From a bacterium (lineage in GTDB: Bacteria; JADJOY01): DNA of 64,000 nucleotides. Where the stretch lies: the NCBI GenBank assembly GCA_046331705.1, contig JAXLQJ010000023.1, forward strand, positions 1 through 64,000. The letters are read 5' to 3'. The position numbers and the translations under genes are program-made. Below the pieces are notes generated by a model, which saw only the letters and a program-made list of their open reading frames with translations, searched no databases and was not told the origin of the DNA. Positions 50,497 to 60,141 of this stretch are shown one piece after another. Within the stretch, counting starts at the first letter, position 1. Each line of letters starts with the position of its first letter.

Positions 50497-51827
50497 CGGC
50501 CGATTCCGTGCGGCGGGTGCCCGGCGCGCCCATCGACAGCGAGGCGGGGAACTCCTTCGTCTCGAACTACCCGCCGTATTCGTGCTGGACCGCCGATCGC
50601 ATCGACGCGGCGCTCGGCGCCTTCGCCGAGCCCGCGGATGCCGCGACGCCGCTCGGGCTCTACGTTCACGTCCCGTTCTGCAGGAAGCGTTGCCGGTTCT
50701 GCTACTTCAAGGTCTCCACGGATCAGAACGCGGCGGTGGTGGAGCGTTACGTCGAGGCGCTCGTGAACGAGGCCGCGCTGGTCGCCGCGCAGCCGTTCGC
50801 GCGCGGCCGGCCCCTCGAGTACGTCTACTTCGGCGGCGGCACGCCCTCCTATCTCTCGACCCAGCAGCTCGCGCGCTTGGTGGAGGGATTGAGGACGGCG
50901 CTGCCGTGGAGCGGCGCCAAGGAGATCTCGTTCGAGTGCGAGCCCGGGACGCTCACCGAGCGCAAGGTGCACGCGATCCGCGAGCTCGGTGTGACGCGCC
51001 TCTGTCTGGGCGTCGAGAGCTTCGACGACCACATCCTCGAGGTGAACGGTCGCGCGCACCTCTCGAAGCAGGCGTTCGCCGCGTTCGGCTGGGCGCGCGC
51101 CGCCGGCTTGCCGCAGATCAACGTCGACCTGATCGCGGGCATGCTCGACGAGACCGAGCGCGAGTGGAACGCCAACATCGACCACACCCTCGAGCTGGCA
51201 CCGGATAGCGTGACGATCTACCCGATGGAGGTGCCGCTCAACACGATCCTCTATCGCGACCTGAACGGGAGCGAGCCGCTCGGCGCGCGCATGCCGGACT
51301 GGGACACCAAGCGACGCTGGCAGAAACACGCGTTCGCGCGCCTCGAGGCCGCGGGCTACACGCTCACCAGCGCCTACACCGCCGTGAAGGACCCGCGCGT
51401 CACGCGTTTCGTCTATCGCGACGCGCTCTGGCACGGCGCGGACATGATCGGGCTCGGCGTCGCGAGCTTCGGCCACGTCGACCACGCGCATTACCAGAAC
51501 GTGAAAGACCTGGAAGCGTACGTCGCCACGGTCGAGTCCGGGCGTCTGCCGCTGGCGCGCGCGCTCGCGATCTCGCACGAGGAATCGCTGGTTCGCGAGA
51601 TGATCCTGCAGATGAAGCTCGGGCGCCTCGACGCCGGCTATTTCCGGCGCAAGTTCGACGTCGACATCCTCACGCGCTTCGCCGAGCCGTTCGCCGCCTT
51701 CCGCGACGAGCGTTTCTTGACCATCGACGGCGACACCATCACCCTCGAGCGCGACGCGCTGCTCCAGGTCGACGCGATGCTGCGCGCCTTCTACCTCCCC
51801 GAGCACCGCACCGCCCGTTACACGTGA
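50493..51827 (+). CDS. HemN-like (class C) radical SAM enzyme, probably not true HemN
   Basis: YVHVPFCRKRCRFCY, YFGGGTPS, GVESF, DLIAG; FVSNYPP in place of the HemN RYTSYP. Confidence 0.88.
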   Translation: MTADSVRRVPGAPIDSEAGNSFVSNYPPYSCWTADRIDAALGAFAEPADAATPLGLYVHVPFCRKRCRFCYFKVSTDQNAAVVERYVEALVNEAALVAAQPFARGRPLEYVYFGGGTPSYLSTQQLARLVEGLRTALPWSGAKEISFECEPGTLTERKVHAIRELGVTRLCLGVESFDDHILEVNGRAHLSKQAFAAFGWARAAGLPQINVDLIAGMLDETEREWNANIDHTLELAPDSVTIYPMEVPLNTILYRDLNGSEPLGARMPDWDTKRRWQKHAFARLEAAGYTLTSAYTAVKDPRVTRFVYRDALWHGADMIGLGVASFGHVDHAHYQNVKDLEAYVATVESGRLPLARALAISHEESLVREMILQMKLGRLDAGYFRRKFDVDILTRFAEPFAAFRDERFLTIDGDTITLERDALLQVDAMLRAFYLPEHRTARYT

Positions 51828-51843
51828 TCGGAACGACGAACCC

Positions 51844-53112
51844 ATGAGCCCAACGACTCACGAATTCGATGCCATCGTCCTCGGCGCCGGTCCGGCGGGC
51901 ACCACCGCCGCCGCGGTGCTCGCCCAGCACGGCCGCCGCGTGGCGATCCTCGAGAAGGCCAAGTTCCCGCGCTACCACATCGGCGAGTCGCTGATCCCGT
52001 ACGGCTGGTTCGGCCTCGAACGGCTGGGGCTCGTCGACCGTCTCGACGCCGCCTCGTTCCAGGTGCGCAAGCTCAGCGTCCAGTTCGTGAGCATGGACGG
52101 GAAGGCGTCGGTGCCGTTCTATTTCTTCAAGCACACCGAGCACGACTGCGCGCGCACCTGGCAGGTGCTGCGCAGCGAGTTCGACCAGCTGCTCCTCGAC
52201 AACGCCGTCGCCAAGGGCGCCGTGCTCTTCGAGGAGACCCAAGCGCGGAAGCTCGTCGCCGAGGGCGACGCCGTGGTGGGTGTCGAGGCGTCGGCGGCCA
52301 CGGGCACGCTCGCGTTCCGGGCACCCATGACCATCGACGCGACCGGACGCGACGCGTTCGCCGCCCATCGCTACGGCTGGCGGGTCCCCGATCCCCAGCT
52401 CAAGAAGCTGGCGATCTGGACCTATTACCGCGGCGCCAAGCGCGACGCCGGAGTCGACGAAGGCGCCACCACCGTGGCGTACGTCCCGAACAAGGGCTGG
52501 TTCTGGTACATCCCCCTCGCCGACGACGTCATCAGCGTCGGCGTGGTCGCCGAACCCGACTACCTCTACCGCGACGGCAAGAGCGACCCCGACGCGATCT
52601 TCGCGCGCGAGGTCGAGATCCAGCGCTGGATCCAGGACCACGTCGCGAGCGGCGAGAAGGTGGCGCCGTGTCGGGTGACGGGCGATTACTCGTACCGCTC
52701 GCGCCACTGCGCGTCGAACGGGCTGGTGCTCGTGGGCGACGCGTTCGGGTTTCTCGACCCTGTGTTCTCGTCGGGCGTGTTCCTGGCGCTCCACACCGGC
52801 GTCATGGCCGCCGACGCGGTTCACGAGGCGCTCTTGGCCGGCGACGTTTCCGCGACTCGTTTCGAGTCCTACGGCGAGCGCGCGCGTCGCGCCATCGAGG
52901 CCATGCGTCGTCTCGTGTACGCCTTCTACGACGAAGGCTTCAGCTTCGGTGCCTTCCTGAAGGCGCATCCCGAGTTTCGCGCGGACATCACCGATTGCCT
53001 GATCGGCAACGTCCACAAGGACCTCGATCCGCTCTTCGCGGCGGTGGCGAAGTTCGCGAAGGTGCCGGAGCCGCTCGAGCACGGCCGGCCGTTCGTGGCG
53101 TCGCCCGCCTGA
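51844..53112 (+). CDS. FAD-dependent halogenase-like oxidoreductase
   Basis: GAGPAG, FPRYHIGESL, GWFWYIP, GDAFGFLDPVFSSGV. Confidence 0.88.
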   Translation: MSPTTHEFDAIVLGAGPAGTTAAAVLAQHGRRVAILEKAKFPRYHIGESLIPYGWFGLERLGLVDRLDAASFQVRKLSVQFVSMDGKASVPFYFFKHTEHDCARTWQVLRSEFDQLLLDNAVAKGAVLFEETQARKLVAEGDAVVGVEASAATGTLAFRAPMTIDATGRDAFAAHRYGWRVPDPQLKKLAIWTYYRGAKRDAGVDEGATTVAYVPNKGWFWYIPLADDVISVGVVAEPDYLYRDGKSDPDAIFAREVEIQRWIQDHVASGEKVAPCRVTGDYSYRSRHCASNGLVLVGDAFGFLDPVFSSGVFLALHTGVMAADAVHEALLAGDVSATRFESYGERARRAIEAMRRLVYAFYDEGFSFGAFLKAHPEFRADITDCLIGNVHKDLDPLFAAVAKFAKVPEPLEHGRPFVASPA

Positions 53113-53115
53113 AGC

Positions 53116-55368
53116 TCAGCCAGGGCGTTCGGCGGAGCGCGCGGGAACGGAAACCTCCGTGCGAACGGCTCCCACTTGCACGATCGGCAGCTCGGGGGCG
53201 GCCTCTTCCGTGATCGCCTCGACGAGCGCGGGGTCGAGGCGCCGGTAGTTCCACGCCGCCTCGAGCTGGAACCGACAGTCGGGCACGCCGTCCGCGCACG
53301 CCAGCGGCGCGGCATCGAGGCGCACCTCGTGGGTGCCCTCCACCGGGATGCGACCGGAATCGACCACCTCGTGGACGGCCCACAGGCGGTGGTCGCGGAT
53401 CGTCTGGCCGTCGGCGTCGAGCAGCCGATCGCCGAGACGCGGCGCGCCGTCCGGGCCGTGGCTGCCGATGTCCAGCACCGCGCGCCCTTGCTCGTCGGTC
53501 GCGCGCACCGAGAGCCAGATCTGGAAGAGGTCGGTCGGGCCGACGGGAAAGACGTGGCCGAGGCGTCCCGAGTTCATGGTGCGAACCACCAGCGCGTCGC
53601 CGTCGAGGCGCGCCTCCAGCACCAGCAGCGGCCCTTGCTCGGTGTCGCGCCGGCGCGCCTGCGGCAGCGTGCGCTCGGTGCGCGGCGCGTGCTCGGCGAG
53701 CGGTAGCGGCACGGTTCCGGCGAGGGCCGTCACCACCTCGCGGACACCCGCGTCGCCGCCGGCGACGCTCGCCACGTAGGTGCTGCCGGCGAGGAAGCGG
53801 TGATCGCGAAACGGCGTCCCGTAGCGCCGCACGTAGAGCGTCATGTGACAGGAGGCGCAGCCGAGGCCGGCCCGCGCGGCGGGCGACTCGCGCCACGAGT
53901 CGTAGGGATTCTGCAGCACCTCGGTCATGCGGCCGTGGGTGGACGGTGCGAGGGTCTGGACGTGGCACGGTCGGCACGACTCGGGCTCGTGGATCGCGAA
54001 GCGATGCCGTTCCCGATGCCGTTCGAGCCGGCTCGTGATCAGCGTGTTGCGGATCAGCCGATCGCCGCCGAAGGCCCGCGTGAGCCCGGCGGAGACGCCT
54101 GGACGATCGATCCAGAGCTGGAACGAGTCGGCGCCGAGCGGGGTGACGTCGAACGCACCGTCGGCGCCGCCGCTGGGGCGGCTGCGATGACACGACACGC
54201 AATGGACGCCCGCCCGATACCCCTCGCTCTCGGTCACCGCCGCGAAGCTCGCGCCCACCGGGTCGCGTGCGTGCGGGGCGTGACAGCGCAGGCAAACCCG
54301 CTGCGCCTCCGAACCGCGCTCCTCGCCGAGACGGCGCAGCAAGCCCGTGAAGACCGGGTTGGTGGCGGCGTGCGCGTGCGACGAATGCGTCCAGCCTTCG
54401 ACGACGTCGGGATGGCAGGCCTCGCAGGTCGCGGGGACGAGCTCGCTGAAGCCGACGTCCATCGGCACCACGGCGGCGTCGTCGGTGCGAAAGCGCGGGA
54501 CGCGCGTGCCCACCCCGATCGCGAGGACGAGAGCGCCCGCGCAGGCGATGAGCAGCGCTGGCAGCCCGTGGCGCACCAGCGGCCGCGTCCACGGATAGCT
54601 GCGGCGCGGCGCGGTCTGCTGGCGGCGGCTGCGCGCTCGCGACGATTGGACGTGGGCGAGCACGAGCAGCAGCGCCACCCACGACGAGGCCACGTGAACG
54701 AGCCACGGCACGGGACGTCGCATCACCTCGGCGTAGGGCATCAGGCCGAAGGCGATGCCCGCGCCGCTCAGCGCGGCCACGAACGACGTCACCGTCGCGA
54801 GGCCGCCCAGCCCGCCGGGAGTGCGCGTCACGCGACCCGTGCCGCGCGCGATCACCCACACCAGCAGCGCGCCGATCAGGATCCCCGTGACGAGCACCAG
54901 CGGGGCGTTCTGGTCCGTGGCGACCGCGACCACCACGAAGATCAGCACCATGCCCGCGAGCCCGATCGCCGCCGACGCCGCTCGTCCCCAACCGCGCACG
55001 CGCGCCACCAGCAGCAGCAACCCGAGACACGCGAGCAGCAACAGCACGAGCTGAACGTTGTCGGAGCCGACGTTCAGCTTCTCACCGCTCGCGCGCCACA
55101 TCGCGATCACCACGACGGCCGCGGCCAGGAACGGCCAGCGCGGCGTCCCGCGCACGGGTCGCCAGGTCGACGAGAGCGTCTGCGCCAGGTGCAAGCCGAC
55201 GTAGACGATGCCCAGCGCGATGACCGCGCAACCGACCGCCAGATGAGCGAGCTGGAGGAATTGCAGCGCGAGCGCCGGCCGCGGTTGGCTCCAGGTGGCG
55301 GCACCGCTGAGCGCGAGGAAGAGCAGCAGGCCGCTCAACCACCCGCGAAGGCGCGCTTCCAGGCTCAA
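53116..55368 (-). CDS. Membrane-anchored pentaheme cytochrome c with His-bearing TM domain (copy 2)
   Basis: CEACH, CLRCH, CVSCH, CRPCH, CASCH; clear paralog of 37954-40266; TTG start. Confidence 0.88.
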   Translation of the reverse strand: MSLEARLRGWLSGLLLFLALSGAATWSQPRPALALQFLQLAHLAVGCAVIALGIVYVGLHLAQTLSSTWRPVRGTPRWPFLAAAVVVIAMWRASGEKLNVGSDNVQLVLLLLACLGLLLLVARVRGWGRAASAAIGLAGMVLIFVVVAVATDQNAPLVLVTGILIGALLVWVIARGTGRVTRTPGGLGGLATVTSFVAALSGAGIAFGLMPYAEVMRRPVPWLVHVASSWVALLLVLAHVQSSRARSRRQQTAPRRSYPWTRPLVRHGLPALLIACAGALVLAIGVGTRVPRFRTDDAAVVPMDVGFSELVPATCEACHPDVVEGWTHSSHAHAATNPVFTGLLRRLGEERGSEAQRVCLRCHAPHARDPVGASFAAVTESEGYRAGVHCVSCHRSRPSGGADGAFDVTPLGADSFQLWIDRPGVSAGLTRAFGGDRLIRNTLITSRLERHRERHRFAIHEPESCRPCHVQTLAPSTHGRMTEVLQNPYDSWRESPAARAGLGCASCHMTLYVRRYGTPFRDHRFLAGSTYVASVAGGDAGVREVVTALAGTVPLPLAEHAPRTERTLPQARRRDTEQGPLLVLEARLDGDALVVRTMNSGRLGHVFPVGPTDLFQIWLSVRATDEQGRAVLDIGSHGPDGAPRLGDRLLDADGQTIRDHRLWAVHEVVDSGRIPVEGTHEVRLDAAPLACADGVPDCRFQLEAAWNYRRLDPALVEAITEEAAPELPIVQVGAVRTEVSVPARSAERPG

Positions 55369-55557
55369 CGCGTGCCCGTCCCGGCGCGCGCGCTCGCGCG
55401 GCGATCCCGATCCCGAGCGTGGACGGTCATCGACGGAGCGGATCGGCGGGTTGGATTTCGCGAGCCTCCACGCGCCGAGAGTTTATGGCAATCTGCGCCC
55501 GCGGTCGCACGTTCGGCAGGCTCGCCGCTCGCGCGCTCGTCCACGAAAGGGGAGGAC

Positions 55558-55998
55558 GTGCCGAACGAAGCCCCAGCGCCTTCGGCTTCTGCGCAGCCGC
55601 AGCGTGGCGCGCTGCTGTCGACGATCGCCGTGCTGCTCGGGCTGCAGGCGATCTCGCACTTGACCATGTTCGCGCTGCACATGTGGCGCCCCAAGCTCGG
55701 CGTGGTCTTTCTCGGCGCTCGCTTCCACTCGATCCCGGGAAACCTCGTGGTGGGCGGTGCGCTCGGGGCGGTGCTGACGGCGTACGCGTACGGCCTGTGG
55801 AAGCTCAAGGCATGGGTGGTCCCGATCGCCGCGGGTTACGCGCTCTACATGCCCGTCAACCTCACGGTCTATTGGTTTCTTCACCCGGAGATCGCACAGG
55901 ATCGGGTCTTCTTCTGGCTCGCGTATCACGTCGTGTTGTTGCTCGGTTTCGTGGGGGCGGGGCTTCACGTGATCCAGCACCGCGATCGATTCCAATGA
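55558..55998 (+). CDS. Small 4-TM hypothetical membrane protein
   Basis: GTG after GGAGG; four hydrophobic helices; stop overlaps the next ATG. Confidence 0.7.
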   Translation: MPNEAPAPSASAQPQRGALLSTIAVLLGLQAISHLTMFALHMWRPKLGVVFLGARFHSIPGNLVVGGALGAVLTAYAYGLWKLKAWVVPIAAGYALYMPVNLTVYWFLHPEIAQDRVFFWLAYHVVLLLGFVGAGLHVIQHRDRFQ

Positions 55999-56735
55999 GC
56001 GGCGCGCGGGACACGACGTCGAGCGTGCGGGCGCTCGCGCTCGACGTTCGGTGGCTGCGCTGGGTCCGCTGGGGCTCGGTCGCGCTCATCCTGGGCACGC
56101 TGATTCCCTCGAGCGGCGGCCACGTCATGTGGCTCAACATGCACGTGCTGACCCGTTACGCCCTCGCCATCGCGCCGCCGCGCATCGAGCCGGATCGCGC
56201 GAGCTTCCTGTTCCTGTTCGGCGCGTGCTCGTGGACCATCGCGCTCAGCGGGTGGCTGGGGCTGTGGATCGCCCGCAACGCCCAAGCTCACGCCGCCTCG
56301 CCGAGCGCGGGGCTCGAACGATGGTCGCGCCGTCTCTTCCTCTTCTCGTGGCTCGCGCCGTGCTCGTTCGTCGCGCTCTACACCTGGCGCTTCCACGGCT
56401 TCAGCGTCCCCGCCGCGGCGCTCATCGTCGCCGCGCATCTGGCGCTGGGGTGGCGCGTGAGCGCCCATGCCCGGCAGCAGGCGGACCGCTGGCTCGCCGT
56501 CCTCGCGTACGCGCTCTTGCCGGCGGGGGTCTCGCTCTTCGGCTGGATCTGCATCGCGATCATCTTCCTCTTCTGTCCGGACGTGATCTTCGCCCACGGA
56601 ATCCTGCTCGGCGGCCTGGGGGCGGCGGCGCTGCTCGGCGGGCTCGCGCGACGGTGGCGGGAGCGAAACGCCCTCCAGCGGAGCGCGGACGCCACGCGCG
56701 ACGGCGCGGTCGCGGCGGTCGCCGCGGGCCCGTGA
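55995..56735 (+). CDS. Hypothetical membrane protein (paralog of 40339-41070)
   Basis: PSSGGHVMW, GACSWTI, LYTWRF, IFAH. Confidence 0.75.
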   Translation: MSGARDTTSSVRALALDVRWLRWVRWGSVALILGTLIPSSGGHVMWLNMHVLTRYALAIAPPRIEPDRASFLFLFGACSWTIALSGWLGLWIARNAQAHAASPSAGLERWSRRLFLFSWLAPCSFVALYTWRFHGFSVPAAALIVAAHLALGWRVSAHARQQADRWLAVLAYALLPAGVSLFGWICIAIIFLFCPDVIFAHGILLGGLGAAALLGGLARRWRERNALQRSADATRDGAVAAVAAGP

Positions 56736-56786
56736 GGCGCGAGCGTCGCAGCCGCGGCGTCGCATGACGGTCGTCTCGGGCTGGCG

Positions 56787-58076
56787 ATGACGCTGGTATT
56801 GCTCACCCCCGGCACCGGCACGTTCTATTGCGGCAGCTGCATCCGCGACGACGGCTTGGCGCGAGGGCTGGCGCGCGCCGGCCGCGACGTGTGGATGGTG
56901 CCGCTCTACCTGCCTCAGGTGACGGAGGTGGAGAGCACGGTCGCCGACGCGCCGATCTGCTTCGGCGGGATCAACGTCTACCTGCAACAACACTCGGCGC
57001 TCTTCCGGCGGACTCCTGCGTGGATCGATCGGCTCCTCGACCAGCCCTGGCTGCTGCGCGCGGCGGCGAGCCTCTCGGACATGACCAACACCGCCGCGCA
57101 CGGACCGCTCACGGTGTCGATGCTGCGCGGCGAAGAGGGCAATCAACGCAAGGCGCTGGACCAGCTGCTGAGCTTGCTCGCCGATCATCGGCCGCCGCCG
57201 ACCGCGGTGTGCCTCTCGAACGCGTTGCTGGTGGGATTGGCGCGGCGGCTACGCGAGGAGCTGCGCGTGCCGGTGGTGGTCACGCTGCAGGGCGAGGACG
57301 CGTTCCTGGATTCGCTGGCCGAGCCGGACCGCGCGTCGGCGTGGGAGGAGATGGGCTTGCGCATTCGCGACGTCGATGCGCTGGTCGCCGTGAGTCGCTA
57401 CTACGGTGACGCCATGCAGCAACGCCTCGGCTTCGACCGCGCGAAGCTCCACGTCATCCACAACGGCATCGACGTCGACGGTTACGAGCCGGCGGCGGCG
57501 GACCCGGCCCCGCCGGTGCTCGGCTACCTGGCGCGCCTCACGGCGGGCAAGGGCCTCGACCGTCTCGCGGAGGCGTTCCTCGTGCTCAGGAAGCGCCCGG
57601 AGCTCGCGGGTCTGCGGCTGCACGTGGCCGGCTCCATCGCGCCCGGCGACGAGGCGTACCTGGAGAGCGTGCGGCAGCGGCTGAGCTCCGCCGGCGCGGC
57701 ACCCGACGTCGAGATCCGAACCAACCTGAGCCTCGCCGAGAAGCAGGCATTCCTCCGCTCGTTCTCGGTGCTGTGCGTGCCGGCGACCTACGGCGAGTCG
57801 TTCGGCCTCTACCTGCTGGAAGCGTGGGCGAGCGGCGTGCCTGTCGTTCAACCGCCGGTCGCGTCGTTTCCCGAGCTCGTCGCAGCGACCGGCGGTGGCC
57901 GGCTCGCCGAGAGCGCCGAGCCGGAGGCCCTGGCGGCGGCGCTCGGCGCGCTGCTCGCGGACCCCGCCGAGCGGCGTGAGCTCGGCCGTCTGGGGCGCGC
58001 CGCGGTGCTCGAGCGGTTCACCCTCGATCGCATGACGCGCGAGTTCCTGGCGCTCGTCGACGGGCTCGCGCGATGA
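56787..58076 (+). CDS. Glycosyltransferase family 4
   Basis: VIHNGID, ARLTAGKG, ESFGLYLLEAWASGVPVV; N-terminal FYCGSCIRD. Confidence 0.9.
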   Translation: MTLVLLTPGTGTFYCGSCIRDDGLARGLARAGRDVWMVPLYLPQVTEVESTVADAPICFGGINVYLQQHSALFRRTPAWIDRLLDQPWLLRAAASLSDMTNTAAHGPLTVSMLRGEEGNQRKALDQLLSLLADHRPPPTAVCLSNALLVGLARRLREELRVPVVVTLQGEDAFLDSLAEPDRASAWEEMGLRIRDVDALVAVSRYYGDAMQQRLGFDRAKLHVIHNGIDVDGYEPAAADPAPPVLGYLARLTAGKGLDRLAEAFLVLRKRPELAGLRLHVAGSIAPGDEAYLESVRQRLSSAGAAPDVEIRTNLSLAEKQAFLRSFSVLCVPATYGESFGLYLLEAWASGVPVVQPPVASFPELVAATGGGRLAESAEPEALAAALGALLADPAERRELGRLGRAAVLERFTLDRMTREFLALVDGLAR

Positions 58077-58137
58077 TCGGCGCGCGGCACCTGCACCCGC
58101 CAGCCGAGCCCCGGCGCTCGACCCACCCGGCCTCCCG

Positions 58138-59448
58138 ATGATGCGTACGCCCACGCTCGCCGAGCAACGCGCACGAATCGAGCAAGACCAGCTCGCGCGG
58201 CTGCGCGCGCTGGTGCGAGAGCTGGTGCCCGCCAACCCGTTCTGGACCGCGCGGCTCGCCGCGGCCGGCCTGGATCTCGCGATCCCGAGCCTCGCCGAGC
58301 TGCGGCGATTGCCGCTCGTGCGCAAGTCGGAGATCGTCGCCGACCACGCGGCGCACCCGCCCTTCGGCTCCAATCTGAGCGCGCCGATCGCGGACTACAC
58401 CCGCGTCCACTACACCAGCGGCACCACCGCCGAGCCGCTCGCGTGGCCCGACACCGCCGCGAGCTGGCAATGGATGCTCGAGAGCTGGAAGCGGATCTTC
58501 CGCGCTGCCGGCGTGGCGCGCGGCGACCGGATCTTCTTCGCGTTCTCGTTCGGCCCCTTCCTCGGCTTCTGGGCGGCGTTCGACGCCGCCACCCAGCTCG
58601 GCGTGCAATGCCTGAGCGGCGGCGGCATGAGCTCGCAGAAGCGCCTGCACGCCATGGTGCGCGCGCAGTCGACGGTGCTCTGCTCGACTCCCACCTACGC
58701 GCTCCACCTGGTCGAGACCGCGCGTCAGCTCGGCCTGGATCCGAGTGCCTTGCGGCTGCGCACCGCGATCGTGGCGGGAGAGCCCGGCGGCAGCGTGGCC
58801 GCCGTGCGCCGTGCGATCCGGGCCGGGCTCGGTGCCGAGGTCTTCGATCATCACGGCATGACGGAGGTCGGGCCGGTGAGCTACCAATGCCCCGCTCGAG
58901 CCGGCACCCTGCGCATCCTCGAGACCTCGTATCTCGCCGAGGTGATCGACCCGGCGAGCGAGGAGCCGGTGGCTCCGGGCGGCGAGGGCGAGCTGGTGCT
59001 CACGACGCTCGGTCGTGCGGCTTGTCCCATGCTCCGCTATCGCACCGGCGATCTGGTGCGGCCGGTGCTCGTCGACGAGGACGGCGGCGGCGAGGGGCCT
59101 CATCTGGCGCTCGCGGGCGGCGTGCTGGGCCGCACCGACGACGTGGTGATCGTGCGCGGCGTGAACGTCCATCCGAGCGCCGTCGACGAGATCGTCCGCG
59201 CCGTCGACGGCGTGGCCGAGTACCGCGTGCAGGTCGGGACGCGCCACGCGATGACCGAGCTCACGCTGGAGGTCGAGCCGCTGGAATCGGCGCAACCCGA
59301 GCTGCTGCGCGCCACACTCGAGGAGCGCTTGCAACGCATCCTCTCGCTCCGCATCCCGGTGACGTTGACCGCTGCGGGCGCGCTGCCGCGCTTCGAGCTC
59401 AAGGCGCGCCGCTGGGTGCGCCGCCCGCCCACCGAGCCCGCGCCGTGA
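58138..59448 (+). CDS. Phenylacetate-CoA ligase (PaaK)-like adenylate-forming enzyme
   Basis: YTSGTT, AGEPG, HGMTE, RYRTGD, GRTDD-VIVRGVNV, LPRFELKARRW. Confidence 0.9.
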   Translation: MMRTPTLAEQRARIEQDQLARLRALVRELVPANPFWTARLAAAGLDLAIPSLAELRRLPLVRKSEIVADHAAHPPFGSNLSAPIADYTRVHYTSGTTAEPLAWPDTAASWQWMLESWKRIFRAAGVARGDRIFFAFSFGPFLGFWAAFDAATQLGVQCLSGGGMSSQKRLHAMVRAQSTVLCSTPTYALHLVETARQLGLDPSALRLRTAIVAGEPGGSVAAVRRAIRAGLGAEVFDHHGMTEVGPVSYQCPARAGTLRILETSYLAEVIDPASEEPVAPGGEGELVLTTLGRAACPMLRYRTGDLVRPVLVDEDGGGEGPHLALAGGVLGRTDDVVIVRGVNVHPSAVDEIVRAVDGVAEYRVQVGTRHAMTELTLEVEPLESAQPELLRATLEERLQRILSLRIPVTLTAAGALPRFELKARRWVRRPPTEPAP

Positions 59449-60128
59449 GCGCCCCGCTGGTGCAGCTCGACGACGTGGTGCGGCGCTTCGACGGCGAGGC
59501 CGGCTCGCAGATCGTCCTCGACGGCGTGAGCTTCACGCTCGAGCGCGGCGCGGCGGTGGCGATCCAGGGCCCGTCGGGAGGTGGCAAGAGCACGCTGCTC
59601 AACCTCGTCGGCGCGCTCGATCGGCCCACCTCCGGACGCGTGATCCTCGACGGCGAGTCGCTGGGCGATCTCGACGACGACGCGCGCGCTCGCGTTCGCG
59701 CCACCAAGATCGGCTTCGTCTTCCAGGAGCACCACCTGCTGCCGCAATGCACAGCGTTCGAGAACGTGCTGGTGCCGACGCTGGCGCGTGGCCGCGCCGC
59801 GAGCGCCGAGGCCATGGCCCGCGCCGAGGCGCTGCTCGAGCGCGTCGGCCTCGCCGACCACGCCCGCAAGCGCCCGCACCAGCTCTCGGGCGGACAGCGG
59901 CAGCGCGTCGCGGTCGTGCGCGCGTTGATCAACGAGCCGATGCTGCTGCTCGCCGACGAGCCCACCGGCTCGTTGGACCGCGCCGCCGCCGAGACGCTGG
60001 TCGAGCTGCTGGTGGAGCTCAATCGCGATCGCCAGCTCGCGCTGCTGGTCGCCACTCACGCGACCGAGGTGGCCGCGCGGGTGGGGAAGACGCTGCACCT
60101 CGGCGACGGGCAGCTTCGACCCGAGTGA
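59445..60128 (+). CDS. ABC transporter ATP-binding protein (LolD/MacB type)
   Basis: GPSGGGKST, GFVFQ, LSGGQRQR, LLADEPTGSLD. Confidence 0.93.
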   Translation: MSAPLVQLDDVVRRFDGEAGSQIVLDGVSFTLERGAAVAIQGPSGGGKSTLLNLVGALDRPTSGRVILDGESLGDLDDDARARVRATKIGFVFQEHHLLPQCTAFENVLVPTLARGRAASAEAMARAEALLERVGLADHARKRPHQLSGGQRQRVAVVRALINEPMLLLADEPTGSLDRAAAETLVELLVELNRDRQLALLVATHATEVAARVGKTLHLGDGQLRPE

Positions 60129-60141
60129 TCCGAGGCCGCGC

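Noticed and set aside
50493-51827. Naming the radical SAM hemN or hemW
   Set aside because: The RYTSYP and HNxxYW motifs are absent and the context is not heme biosynthesis
58138-59448. paaK as part of phenylacetate catabolism
   Set aside because: No other paa genes in the window; only a family-level call is supportable
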